Virus record (IMG/VR): IMGVR_UViG_3300031455_000001
Coordinates: 32,001 to 96,000 of that record
Source: a virus
Length of the DNA: 64,000 bases
Reading direction: 5' to 3' (one strand)
Both the position numbers and the translations under genes were made by a program. Below are positions 9,848 to 18,594 of the stretch, one piece after another. The notes under the pieces were generated by a model that did no database searches, had not been told where the DNA came from, and was given only the letters and a program-made list of their open reading frames with translations. Numbering within the stretch: the stretch's first letter is position 1; each line of letters starts with the position of its first letter.

Positions 9848-9966
9848 TTATTCTTTAAATAACCAAATAGTTAATCCAGCAAAGATAACAGCATACAGCC
9901 ACCAGTAATCTAGAAAGAAATTTAAATCTAATATGAGTCTCTGTTTAGCATATTCAATCATTCATA

Positions 9967-10239
9967 TCACTCCTGCAATTTATCTATTATCTTTATTAAG
10001 TTCTCTTCAATCCATTGTTCTGTTAGAAATCTTGTCTCATATTCATTTTCTCCTTGAATGTAATGATCACACTCAACAATCTCTTTATCACCAAGATAGA
10101 TTGAAGGTTTAGCAGTATTATCTCTACTCCAATATCTTGTTAAAACTTTAACAACAACAAAGTCAAAGTCATATTTATCTTGTGTGTCATATTTCCATAC
10201 CGCATCAAATTTAACACCATTAATATTCATATTCTTCAC
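9967..10239 (-). CDS. hypothetical protein
   Basis: ORF track. Confidence 0.6.
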   Translation of the reverse strand: MKNMNINGVKFDAVWKYDTQDKYDFDFVVVKVLTRYWSRDNTAKPSIYLGDKEIVECDHYIQGENEYETRFLTEQWIEENLIKIIDKLQE

Positions 10240-10285
10240 CTCTTTAGAGTTTTGATAATACCCGTCTTTTATCCAAATGATGTTC

Positions 10286-10331
10286 GAGCATTATGGAGCA
10301 TTTGGGAGTATAACGGAGCATTCGAGAGCTA
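10286..10331 (+). repeat. 10-bp periodic tandem repeat array (4.5 units)
   Basis: GAGCATTATG GAGCATTTGG GAGTATAACG GAGCATTCGA GAGCTA. Confidence 0.75.
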
Positions 10332-10514
10332 TTTTAGAAGTATTAACAACTCGTTTCTACTTAATAAGAAATCATCTCCACTGTCACTCATGAACCATAC
10401 ATAATTCTTATCTGCTAACTTTGCAATCCCTTTTATGTAATAATCCTCATTTACTCTAGTAATAGCAGGATAAACATTCCCTACCTCCATATCCGCCACT
10501 TGCTTTTTAACCAT
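10329..10514 (-). CDS. hypothetical protein
   Basis: ORF track; GGAGG RBS. Confidence 0.55.
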   Translation of the reverse strand: MVKKQVADMEVGNVYPAITRVNEDYYIKGIAKLADKNYVWFMSDSGDDFLLSRNELLILLK

Positions 10515-10800
10515 TTAGTTTCCCTCCAGTCAACATAGCAACAGACATAGTAAGGAGAAAGATTACTCTATCTCCAAGATTTTTGTTGTTATATTGTTCA
10601 ATAATAAGCTCTGCACCCATTCTTGATTCGTCACTATATGTTTCATTTTTTAAGATGCTCTCAGCGGATTTTATTATTGAAAATCCATGAAGTAAGAGAA
10701 GGGCGATCAACCAACCCACAAAAGTTATTCCAATTGTATACTCTGGGTTACTCATAGCATCAATTATCATGATTTCCTCCGTGATGATGGTTATGCCCAA
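10507..10800 (-). CDS. predicted membrane protein
   Basis: Two hydrophobic segments; true start probably downstream of 10800. Confidence 0.55.
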   Translation of the reverse strand: MGITIITEEIMIIDAMSNPEYTIGITFVGWLIALLLLHGFSIIKSAESILKNETYSDESRMGAELIIEQYNNKNLGDRVIFLLTMSVAMLTGGKLNG

Positions 10801-11071
10801 GTTGTAATGCCCATCCTGTTAATAAAGAAAAAGCGCCTAGTACAAAATTTTCAATGATCGGCAACCAAATTCGAAAATCATAAACACTGATGTCTATTGC
10901 TCCCCAAGTACCAATTAAAGCTACAATCAAATGAATGACTCCTTCTAAAGCATTTAAAACCGCCATAGAAGCCATTATCCAGATTCCAAATTTTGTTTCT
11001 ACAAAGAAATACTTTGCATAAGATTTTGATTTTTCGTTTAATTTCTTCATAATGTTTGTCATGTTTATCAC
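10760..11071 (-). CDS. membrane protein with His-rich C-terminal tail
   Basis: 2-3 TM segments, ends GHNHHHGGNHDN; own promoter at 11085-11113. Confidence 0.65.
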   Translation of the reverse strand: MINMTNIMKKLNEKSKSYAKYFFVETKFGIWIMASMAVLNALEGVIHLIVALIGTWGAIDISVYDFRIWLPIIENFVLGAFSLLTGWALQLGHNHHHGGNHDN

Positions 11072-11127
11072 CTCTTATGTTAATATTATACCATTATATT
11101 TTGCTTTTGTCAATGGCTTTATTTCAT

Positions 11128-11388
11128 TTATCTATTATTTCTCTTAGATTTGTTGGCAGATTTTCGTTTAGATTTTTTCTTTTTTGCTTTCTCTTTTTTA
11201 ATCTTCATTTCTTTAGGTTTATTTTCCAAATCAAGCTTTAATAACTCAAAGTGTTTTTTCAATTCATTCTTATCGACACCGTACTCTTCTGCTACTTCAT
11301 TGATGATTTCCTCATCTGTCTTTTCTTCCATACCTTCGATTAGATCAGTCTTGCTCATTGCCTTGCTCATCGTCATCTTTCCCTCCAT
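11128..11388 (-). CDS. hypothetical protein with basic C-terminal tail
   Basis: ORF track. Confidence 0.6.
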   Translation of the reverse strand: MEGKMTMSKAMSKTDLIEGMEEKTDEEIINEVAEEYGVDKNELKKHFELLKLDLENKPKEMKIKKEKAKKKKSKRKSANKSKRNNR

Positions 11389-11704
11389 CTCTCAAAAACC
11401 CTTTATTTATACTTATGTAGTCATCAACAAAATCATCTGAACCCTCATGTAACTGCTCTTTCTTTTCATCGAATAACTTTTCAAGTTCTTCCTGTGTATA
11501 TATATCTTCTAAAATATGCATCAACACCACTTGATCTTCCAGTACATCTAATGCGCTATTGGTCATATCTTTGATAAATTCATTTTTATCGTGAATAAGA
11601 CGATTTGCTTCATTAATCTCACATTCTTTTTTCATCAACTTAAACTCTGACACAGCCGCAATAATAGCTATAATAAGAATAGTAGATAACCACCAACTTA
11701 ACAT
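11345..11704 (-). CDS. N-terminally anchored membrane protein
   Basis: N-terminal hydrophobic helix; AGGAGG RBS. Confidence 0.65.
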   Translation of the reverse strand: MLSWWLSTILIIAIIAAVSEFKLMKKECEINEANRLIHDKNEFIKDMTNSALDVLEDQVVLMHILEDIYTQEELEKLFDEKKEQLHEGSDDFVDDYISINKGFLRDGGKDDDEQGNEQD

Positions 11705-11761
11705 AATTGAAACCTCCTTTAGGTTAAAAAAATAAGGAAGAGAAAACTCTTCTCATCCTTA

Positions 11762-12571
11762 TCACTTACCACTTTGACCAAGCATTGTCATACCACGATC
11801 TGATTTAATTTTCTTCAATTCATCATATGTCTTTTCAATAATCTTTGCCTCTGGAACGATATCAATTGTTCCTTGGCAAATAGCTTTTGATAAAGGATAT
11901 AAAATATGTGTATCATTTTCTTCTACTTTATCAACTTCACTTGTGATAATTACTGCTTTATACATAGGCGTTAGCGCAACAAAGATCTCATTACGAAAAC
12001 CGCTATCAACAACTCCAGCAAGCACACCCATTGATTGAACTGCCGTGCTACCTCTTTCGTGACGAATATCAAGATAGTGCGTATCTGGCATTGCCACTGC
12101 CAATCCTGTTGGAATGAGAGTTGTTTTGAGGAGTGGACACTCAATTTCATATATCGTTCCCTCGTCTGTTTCTTGTTTGAAGTTTTCTAAGTTTGAATAA
12201 ATATCATAGCCAGCATCCTCTTTACGCTTAGTTGGGATGATAGCTGTTTCACGTACTTTTGCAAAGTATACTTCTGGATAGAGTAAATTGTTTAATGTGT
12301 CCTGCATATCAGATAAAAATTTTACCAAATTATCTGTATGGTTTGAGTATGATTTCTTACTTTCTAACTCTTCTTTAGCTTTGTATTTCAATACATCTAC
12401 TGACCATAGAGGAAATGTGTGTTCTTGATCATTAGATTTATCAATCACAGTAATTTCAATTTTCTTTGTATCAACTGACTTTACTTCAACTTCCTTTTTT
12501 AAATCTAAAGACCAAATAGTCTGACCTTTTTTATAAAATCTCTTCTTCTTCTTCTGTTCGTTGTTGTTCAT
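11762..12571 (-). CDS. dut: trimeric dUTPase with N-terminal extension
   Basis: DAGYD, ERGS, GVVDSGFRNEI, AICQG, RGMTMLGQSG motifs. Confidence 0.9.
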   Translation of the reverse strand: MNNNEQKKKKRFYKKGQTIWSLDLKKEVEVKSVDTKKIEITVIDKSNDQEHTFPLWSVDVLKYKAKEELESKKSYSNHTDNLVKFLSDMQDTLNNLLYPEVYFAKVRETAIIPTKRKEDAGYDIYSNLENFKQETDEGTIYEIECPLLKTTLIPTGLAVAMPDTHYLDIRHERGSTAVQSMGVLAGVVDSGFRNEIFVALTPMYKAVIITSEVDKVEENDTHILYPLSKAICQGTIDIVPEAKIIEKTYDELKKIKSDRGMTMLGQSGK

Positions 12572-12709
12572 AATTTAATTCCCCTTTTGTCATTGTGTTA
12601 TTCTATGTAGAAGTTATATAGGATGTACAAGTTGCATAAGGGAGTAAACTCTCCCTTATCTTGTTTGTTATCTTAGTATATCATTATTTGTTGCGATTGT
12701 CAAGAAGGC

Positions 12710-13657
12710 TTAATAGTCGTAATCCGAATCTTTCATATCTTCAACTACAGACATGAGATAACCATTTCCTACAGCGCTGAAAAAGTCATGGTTTGTAGTA
12801 ACTGTTGACAACCCATTTAATACAATAGGGTTGACGTCATCTGCTGTATCTGGGAACAGCGTAGATAACCCAAGGTTCATCAATGCTTTATTTGCATTGT
12901 ATCTTAAGAATGTTTTAACATCTTCTGTCCAACCAATATCATCATATAGATATTCAGTATACTTACATTCATTATTGTACAGTTCATATAGGAAGTTGTA
13001 TGCCCACGCTTTAATTTCTTCTTGCTCAACATTGCTTAACTCTTGGAAATCAAGTTTGAATTTATAGCCAATATATGCGCCATGTTGAGATTCATCTCTG
13101 ATAATTAACTTGATTACTTCTGCCACGTTCATCAATCGTTGAGTCCCAAGGTAGTATAACGGTGTGTAGAATCCCGAATAAAACATAAACGATTCTAGAA
13201 AAACACTCGCTATTTTAATCTGTAGCCCCGACCCGTTTTTATATACTTCACTTATCATATGAACCTTCTTTTGAAGAGGTTTATATAATTCGACCCACTC
13301 AAAAATGTCTCTAATCTCTTTCATATTATTAAGTGTGCTGAATATCGATGAATAACTACGGGCATGTTCTGACTCCATAAATCCGATATTGTTATATACA
13401 GCGATCTCATGCTTGGTTCTGGCGTATTTTTTTAGTGAATCAACACCGATCTCAGACTGTAAAGTATCAAGTAATGTAAGTCCACCGAAAACCTTTTCAA
13501 CCATTCTCTTTTCTTTATCTGGCAACTTACCCCAATCATGGAGATCTTTTGACACAGGCATTCGTGTAGCCAGCCAAAACTGAGTTGTTAGCTGTTCGTA
13601 TGTTTTCTTATCTAGTATATCTTCAATTTGATTCCAATTTATTGCTTTATATTCCAT
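12710..13657 (-). CDS. nrdF: ribonucleotide reductase class Ib beta subunit
   Basis: LLDTLQ, MESEHARSYS, FLESFMFYSGF, RDESQHG, C-terminal HDFFSAVGNGY. Confidence 0.96.
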   Translation of the reverse strand: MEYKAINWNQIEDILDKKTYEQLTTQFWLATRMPVSKDLHDWGKLPDKEKRMVEKVFGGLTLLDTLQSEIGVDSLKKYARTKHEIAVYNNIGFMESEHARSYSSIFSTLNNMKEIRDIFEWVELYKPLQKKVHMISEVYKNGSGLQIKIASVFLESFMFYSGFYTPLYYLGTQRLMNVAEVIKLIIRDESQHGAYIGYKFKLDFQELSNVEQEEIKAWAYNFLYELYNNECKYTEYLYDDIGWTEDVKTFLRYNANKALMNLGLSTLFPDTADDVNPIVLNGLSTVTTNHDFFSAVGNGYLMSVVEDMKDSDYDY

Positions 13658-13687
13658 AATTCAAACGCCATCCCTTTTGCTTCTTTG

Positions 13688-15874
13688 TTAGATACCACAC
13701 GAAGTACACCCATTTACACCAACCTCTTCACCATCTTCAGTGAATGTCCGTATGTAGTAGACAGATTTTATATTTTTCTTCCATGCATAATTTCTCAAGA
13801 TGCTCAAATCGCGTGTTGTTTTCTTTGTTGGGTATTCGCTACCAACTTTCCACTCATACATACCCTCTGGAAGTTCCGACCTCATAAATAAAGTCATACT
13901 TAAACCTTGATCAACATGTCTCTGTGCTTTGGAGTACATATCAATAATTAATCTTTGGTCAATATCGTACGCTGAGACATAATAAGGTAGCGTTTCATCT
14001 GAAAGGTATGGCGCTGGATAGTAAACCTTGCCTCTTTTGCCCTCTGTACGTTCTTCAATTCTTTGGGTGATCGGATGAAGAGACGCTGTGGCTTCATTTA
14101 CATATGAAATACTTCCAGTAGGAGCCGTGGCTAATCTGTAGGAGTTGTAAACCCCATATTTCATTACTGATTCCTTCAGTTTCAACCAGTCGGACTTACT
14201 AGGAATAAAAATTCCTTTGAATAACTCTCTGATTTTATCATGTGAAAACTCAAACTCTGGCTCATCTAAATACATGTTAAAATAGCTTCCATCAGCATAA
14301 GCAGACTTTTCAAAATCGTAAAAGGTGCTACCAGTTTCAATAGAGATATTGTTGCTCTCCATGAGTGTCCAATAATTCAACAACATAAAGTATGCATCTA
14401 CAAATTCTAATGCCTCTGGGCTACCATAATGGATTTTGTTTTTAGCTAAAAATCCATGTACATTCATAACTCCTAAGCCAACAGAATGATACATATCATT
14501 TCCATTCTTAATTGTAGGTACAACATCGTTGCTAGATGAATCACTCACATATGTTAAAGCTCTGAGCATAGTTCTCACTGATTTACCTAAATCTGGAGAC
14601 GCCATTAAATTATCTGCATTTGTAGAGGCTAAATTACAACTAATATCGTTCCCTAAAACACTATATGATTGATCATCGTTGATGACTGAATCTTTTTGTA
14701 CTTGAAATATCTCGGTGCAAAGATTAGACATTACAATTTTTCCATCAACAGGATTAGCTCTATTTGCAGTATCAATATTAATGATATAAGGATAGCCACT
14801 TTCATTTTGCAAATTGCTAATTTCATTCTCTAATTCACGAGCTTTGATTTTTGATTTATTAATTTCTGGATTATTAATCATATTGTCATATTCTTTTGTA
14901 ATATCAACATATGAAAATGGGATTCCATAAAACTTTTCAACATCATGAGGAGAGAAAAGATACATATATTCATTCTTTTTAATCAATTCATAATACTTAT
15001 CTGGCACTACTAATCCCAAGGACAATGTTTTAATTCGTACTTTTTCATCTGCGTTCTCTTTTCTAACAGATAAAAAATCAACTACATCTGGATGGAAAAT
15101 GGATAAATATACCACTCCGGCTCCATCTCTAGATCCCCCTTGATTTGCGTAAGAGAAGGCATCTTCAAACATTTTCATGACAGGTATGACTCCATCAGCC
15201 AAACCATAAACACCTCTAATTGGATCATTATTAGCGCGTATATTGGTTAGATTTATCCCAACTCCACCTCCAATTTTAGACAATTGAAGAGCTGAATTGA
15301 TACTTCTGCCAATAGAGTTCATATCATCTCCAACAGATAAAAGAAAACACGATACCATAGCCCCTGCTCTCTTTTTACCTATATTCAAGAATGTTGGAGT
15401 TGCCATCTGTAATCTCTGACTGATCAATTCATCCATAATGCTTAAAGCTAAAGATTCATTGCCATTTGCTAATGATAATGCGTTAAAAGCTAATCTGTCT
15501 TCGAATCTTTCTAAGAATCGCTCTCCGTCATTCGTTTTCATTGCATACTGAGAGTAGAATTTAAAAGCCCCCATGAAGCTTCTGAAGCGGAATTTCTTAT
15601 CATAAACATTTTGAAATAAACTTTTTACGAATGATTTAGTGTAAAGATTTAGAAAATCTTCTTTTATGTAATCATTTTCGACAAGATAATCCAGCTTCTC
15701 TTCTAGTGTATGAAAGAATACTGTATTAGGATTGATATGCTCTAAGAAATAAGCCTTTACTGCTTCTGCATCTTTCTCAATCTGAATCCTTCCATCTTTT
15801 GGTATATTGAGAAGATTGTTTAATTTAAAATATGTGTTCTCTTTAGATTTCTTTTGTAGTTCTGGTGATTCCAA
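13688..15874 (-). CDS. nrdE: ribonucleotide reductase class Ib alpha subunit
   Basis: ATPTFLN, VSCFLL, SNLCTEI, APTGSISY, C-terminal CTSC. Confidence 0.96.
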   Translation of the reverse strand: MESPELQKKSKENTYFKLNNLLNIPKDGRIQIEKDAEAVKAYFLEHINPNTVFFHTLEEKLDYLVENDYIKEDFLNLYTKSFVKSLFQNVYDKKFRFRSFMGAFKFYSQYAMKTNDGERFLERFEDRLAFNALSLANGNESLALSIMDELISQRLQMATPTFLNIGKKRAGAMVSCFLLSVGDDMNSIGRSINSALQLSKIGGGVGINLTNIRANNDPIRGVYGLADGVIPVMKMFEDAFSYANQGGSRDGAGVVYLSIFHPDVVDFLSVRKENADEKVRIKTLSLGLVVPDKYYELIKKNEYMYLFSPHDVEKFYGIPFSYVDITKEYDNMINNPEINKSKIKARELENEISNLQNESGYPYIINIDTANRANPVDGKIVMSNLCTEIFQVQKDSVINDDQSYSVLGNDISCNLASTNADNLMASPDLGKSVRTMLRALTYVSDSSSNDVVPTIKNGNDMYHSVGLGVMNVHGFLAKNKIHYGSPEALEFVDAYFMLLNYWTLMESNNISIETGSTFYDFEKSAYADGSYFNMYLDEPEFEFSHDKIRELFKGIFIPSKSDWLKLKESVMKYGVYNSYRLATAPTGSISYVNEATASLHPITQRIEERTEGKRGKVYYPAPYLSDETLPYYVSAYDIDQRLIIDMYSKAQRHVDQGLSMTLFMRSELPEGMYEWKVGSEYPTKKTTRDLSILRNYAWKKNIKSVYYIRTFTEDGEEVGVNGCTSCGI

Positions 15875-16232
15875 CCTTATGCACTTCCTCTATAAATTCT
15901 TCTAAATCTTTTTCAGTCCCACTAAATTCAAAAGTAAAAATAAGTGGTTTATTGTATTTCTTTGATAAATCCTTAGCATTAAAACAAAAAGATTGATCAA
16001 AATTTAAATTACCACTGCCAATGAATCCATTTAGTTTTTCTAAATTGTTTTTATGATCTATAAAATCACTAAATAGATCTGTTATATCATCATCATATGT
16101 AGGACAAACGATTAAATAATCTGAATCAACCTCTATAAAAGGATTTGAATAATTGATCTCTACACTATCCATATTAGTTGATTCGACAAATCTCTTTACA
16201 TTTCCAGTTAAAGAAAGATAAACTAAGATCAT
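15843..16232 (-). CDS. nrdI: flavodoxin NrdI
   Basis: SLTGNVKRF, GSGNLNF, FEFSGT. Confidence 0.92.
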   Translation of the reverse strand: MILVYLSLTGNVKRFVESTNMDSVEINYSNPFIEVDSDYLIVCPTYDDDITDLFSDFIDHKNNLEKLNGFIGSGNLNFDQSFCFNAKDLSKKYNKPLIFTFEFSGTEKDLEEFIEEVHKVGITRTTKEI

Positions 16233-16453
16233 TTTAAATTCAATAGTTTATCTGGTTGAAATCCAGTGAATGGTTCTTGACCATCTACTACAACCACTGG
16301 CATTGATGTAAGCTCTAAAACATCTTTGACATAATGCATAGCCTCTTCATCTTCATTGACGTTAATAGCAGTAAATTCAATACCTTCACCTTTCAATACG
16401 TTCTTCGTCATGTCGCATTGTGGACAACCATTCTTTGTGTAAACTGTTACCAT
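16229..16453 (-). CDS. nrdH: glutaredoxin-like NrdH
   Basis: CPQC, MPVV, GFQPD. Confidence 0.92.
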   Translation of the reverse strand: MVTVYTKNGCPQCDMTKNVLKGEGIEFTAINVNEDEEAMHYVKDVLELTSMPVVVVDGQEPFTGFQPDKLLNLK

Positions 16454-16480
16454 AAAAATACCTCCTATTTAGTTAGACAC

Positions 16481-16510
16481 AAAAGGCACAATTATCAATG
16501 TGCCTTTTCA
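16481..16510. terminator. intrinsic terminator hairpin
   Basis: AAAAGGCACA...TGTGCCTTTT. Confidence 0.65.
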
Positions 16511-16560
16511 TGCGTATCCTATAATTATATCATAATTTATTGCATTAGTCAAATATTATA

Positions 16561-16977
16561 TCAATACTTGGCATCTTTGAATATCTGATAACATTCATTA
16601 GCAACAGACACCATTTCAGAAATCGTATCGAATAAATACTCTCCACTTACTTTTGAAAATCTTGGTTTCTCTTCATTATCGATCAAAACGTTCTCAACAA
16701 ACATCTCTCTTGGTCTTAGCCAAAATCCACCGTAGATATCTTTATATAAAACGTATACACCATTAAGATTTTTGTCTTCAAAACAAAACTGTTCAGCGCC
16801 TGATCTTTTGTCTTTTACTTTAACAATGGTAACGTTTTGATTAGGATCTTCAGTATGAATAGCCACAGTAACATTTTCAATCAATGATCTTCCAATGAAT
16901 CCTTCTGACAGCTTGGTTACATATCCAATAACATAATATAATCCACCTTTATAATGTCGGTAAATCATCATAACCAC
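16561..16977 (-). CDS. DUF1653-like protein
   Basis: YRHYKGGLY...WLRPREMF...PRF. Confidence 0.8.
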   Translation of the reverse strand: MVMMIYRHYKGGLYYVIGYVTKLSEGFIGRSLIENVTVAIHTEDPNQNVTIVKVKDKRSGAEQFCFEDKNLNGVYVLYKDIYGGFWLRPREMFVENVLIDNEEKPRFSKVSGEYLFDTISEMVSVANECYQIFKDAKY

Positions 16978-17062
16978 CTCTTTTATATGTAAGTGTGCAG
17001 ATATTTCTTACACCTAATCTTAGTATACCATTATTATTTGTAATTGTCAAACTTCAATAACA

Positions 17063-18580
17063 CTAAACAGCTTCTTCTGTATTGTTCTCTACTGTTCTTT
17101 TCACACCTTGGAAGTTTAAATTGAATTTTCTAGCAAATGATCTTAGAGCTGAATTTTCTTCTGGTGTGGCACTTCTATTGTGTTTTCCTCTAGCTTGGAC
17201 AATAGCGTATGTATTAGGATTAATTTCCACTGTGAGCAATGACTCATCTGGATTCTTTCTAGTTCGTAAAAAGATGATTAACGATCTATGATTGGATACG
17301 CGACTGACATATCCTCCAACGCAATGTGATTGTTGAGATCCTTCATTTACTAACAATGAGCTTGTGAATGGCACTACAACAACATATTTTTCTTTTGTCC
17401 AACCATCCCATTCTTTGTATTCTGGATTATTCATTGCTAATTCATATTTTTCACTCTGTATTTTATCTTTTACAAAGCTCAAGTTTCTTGCTACAACATC
17501 ATGGTATGTTCGTAGAAACCTTGGATACTTAACATACTTGGGGGTTCTTAAATCTGCATGCATCTTAAGATAGTCAAAGAGATATTGTATCGTAGCTGAT
17601 TTACTCAAACCTTGGGAGACTTCACACTCATATACATACTCTATCAGCCTCTTGACATCTAAGTTCATATATTTTGACATTGAAAACAAACCTGTAAATC
17701 CATTATTTCTAAAGCTATATGATTCATTTCTGCCGTATAAGGTGATGTAATGAGCAGATATAAAAGCGCCAAGCCTTAAACTTCTTGTATCATAAATAGT
17801 GACACCATAGTACTCTTCCAACTCTTTGTTGTATTCAATCAAAGAGTTGAATTTATCATAATAATGTCTTAAACTCTTTATTTCTTCTCCTTTATCCTCT
17901 CCTCTTTCAAAATTAACACGGAGGCGTGATAGCTGTGCTTTTGCATTGGACACTTCTTTATAAGCTTTTTCTTTATAGTTTCCATCCATGTTTGCCGATC
18001 CTTGAAGTTCTCTGACTATTTCTTTATATATCTTCAATTCACCTTTTGTCCATCCGACTATCTCATGAGGTTTTGTTGATGGGTTATTGTAGGACAATTC
18101 TACAACTTCCCCAATAATCGGAAGACCAGCTTTATAAAGAATCTCCAGAGTGTTGTAATTTTCAATTAGACGCTTTAAAGCCCTCCCCATCATTGCAACT
18201 CTTTCTCTCCCCATATATCCAATTTCTCTAAGCAAAAGGGTATACATACCTTTATTTGCTTCAACTTCAATAAGATCAATGATCTCCTCGTCTCTACCCA
18301 TGAATCTGTCAAAATTATCTACACTACTAGTTACTGTATGCAGATTTCTTTTGATGTAGTATTTTCCGAATCTTAAATCATAAAACATCTCTGATAGTGT
18401 TTCTTTCTGTTTAATTGGAGTCTCTTCTATTTTATACAAATGGAAGCTGTAGTCGTTTTTGTCCTTCAAATAAAATGTTGATTTCGACCCATCTGAATGA
18501 TTAAATTCCATTTTGTCTTTGATCTTTTTTACTTCGTTAATTGAATAACTAAGTTCCTCTTTTACTGTTTTAAATTCCAC
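17063..18580 (-). CDS. PcfJ-domain protein
   Basis: YHD...EGSQQSHCVGGY...TVEI...QARGKHN. Confidence 0.8.
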   Translation of the reverse strand: MEFKTVKEELSYSINEVKKIKDKMEFNHSDGSKSTFYLKDKNDYSFHLYKIEETPIKQKETLSEMFYDLRFGKYYIKRNLHTVTSSVDNFDRFMGRDEEIIDLIEVEANKGMYTLLLREIGYMGRERVAMMGRALKRLIENYNTLEILYKAGLPIIGEVVELSYNNPSTKPHEIVGWTKGELKIYKEIVRELQGSANMDGNYKEKAYKEVSNAKAQLSRLRVNFERGEDKGEEIKSLRHYYDKFNSLIEYNKELEEYYGVTIYDTRSLRLGAFISAHYITLYGRNESYSFRNNGFTGLFSMSKYMNLDVKRLIEYVYECEVSQGLSKSATIQYLFDYLKMHADLRTPKYVKYPRFLRTYHDVVARNLSFVKDKIQSEKYELAMNNPEYKEWDGWTKEKYVVVVPFTSSLLVNEGSQQSHCVGGYVSRVSNHRSLIIFLRTRKNPDESLLTVEINPNTYAIVQARGKHNRSATPEENSALRSFARKFNLNFQGVKRTVENNTEEAV

Positions 18581-18594
18581 TCATATACACTTCC

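Noticed and set aside
12710-15874. Introns/inteins in nrdE and nrdF as in SPbeta; metal-free class Ie NrdF
   Set aside because: Both ORFs are uninterrupted and of normal length, and all NrdF metal ligands are present.
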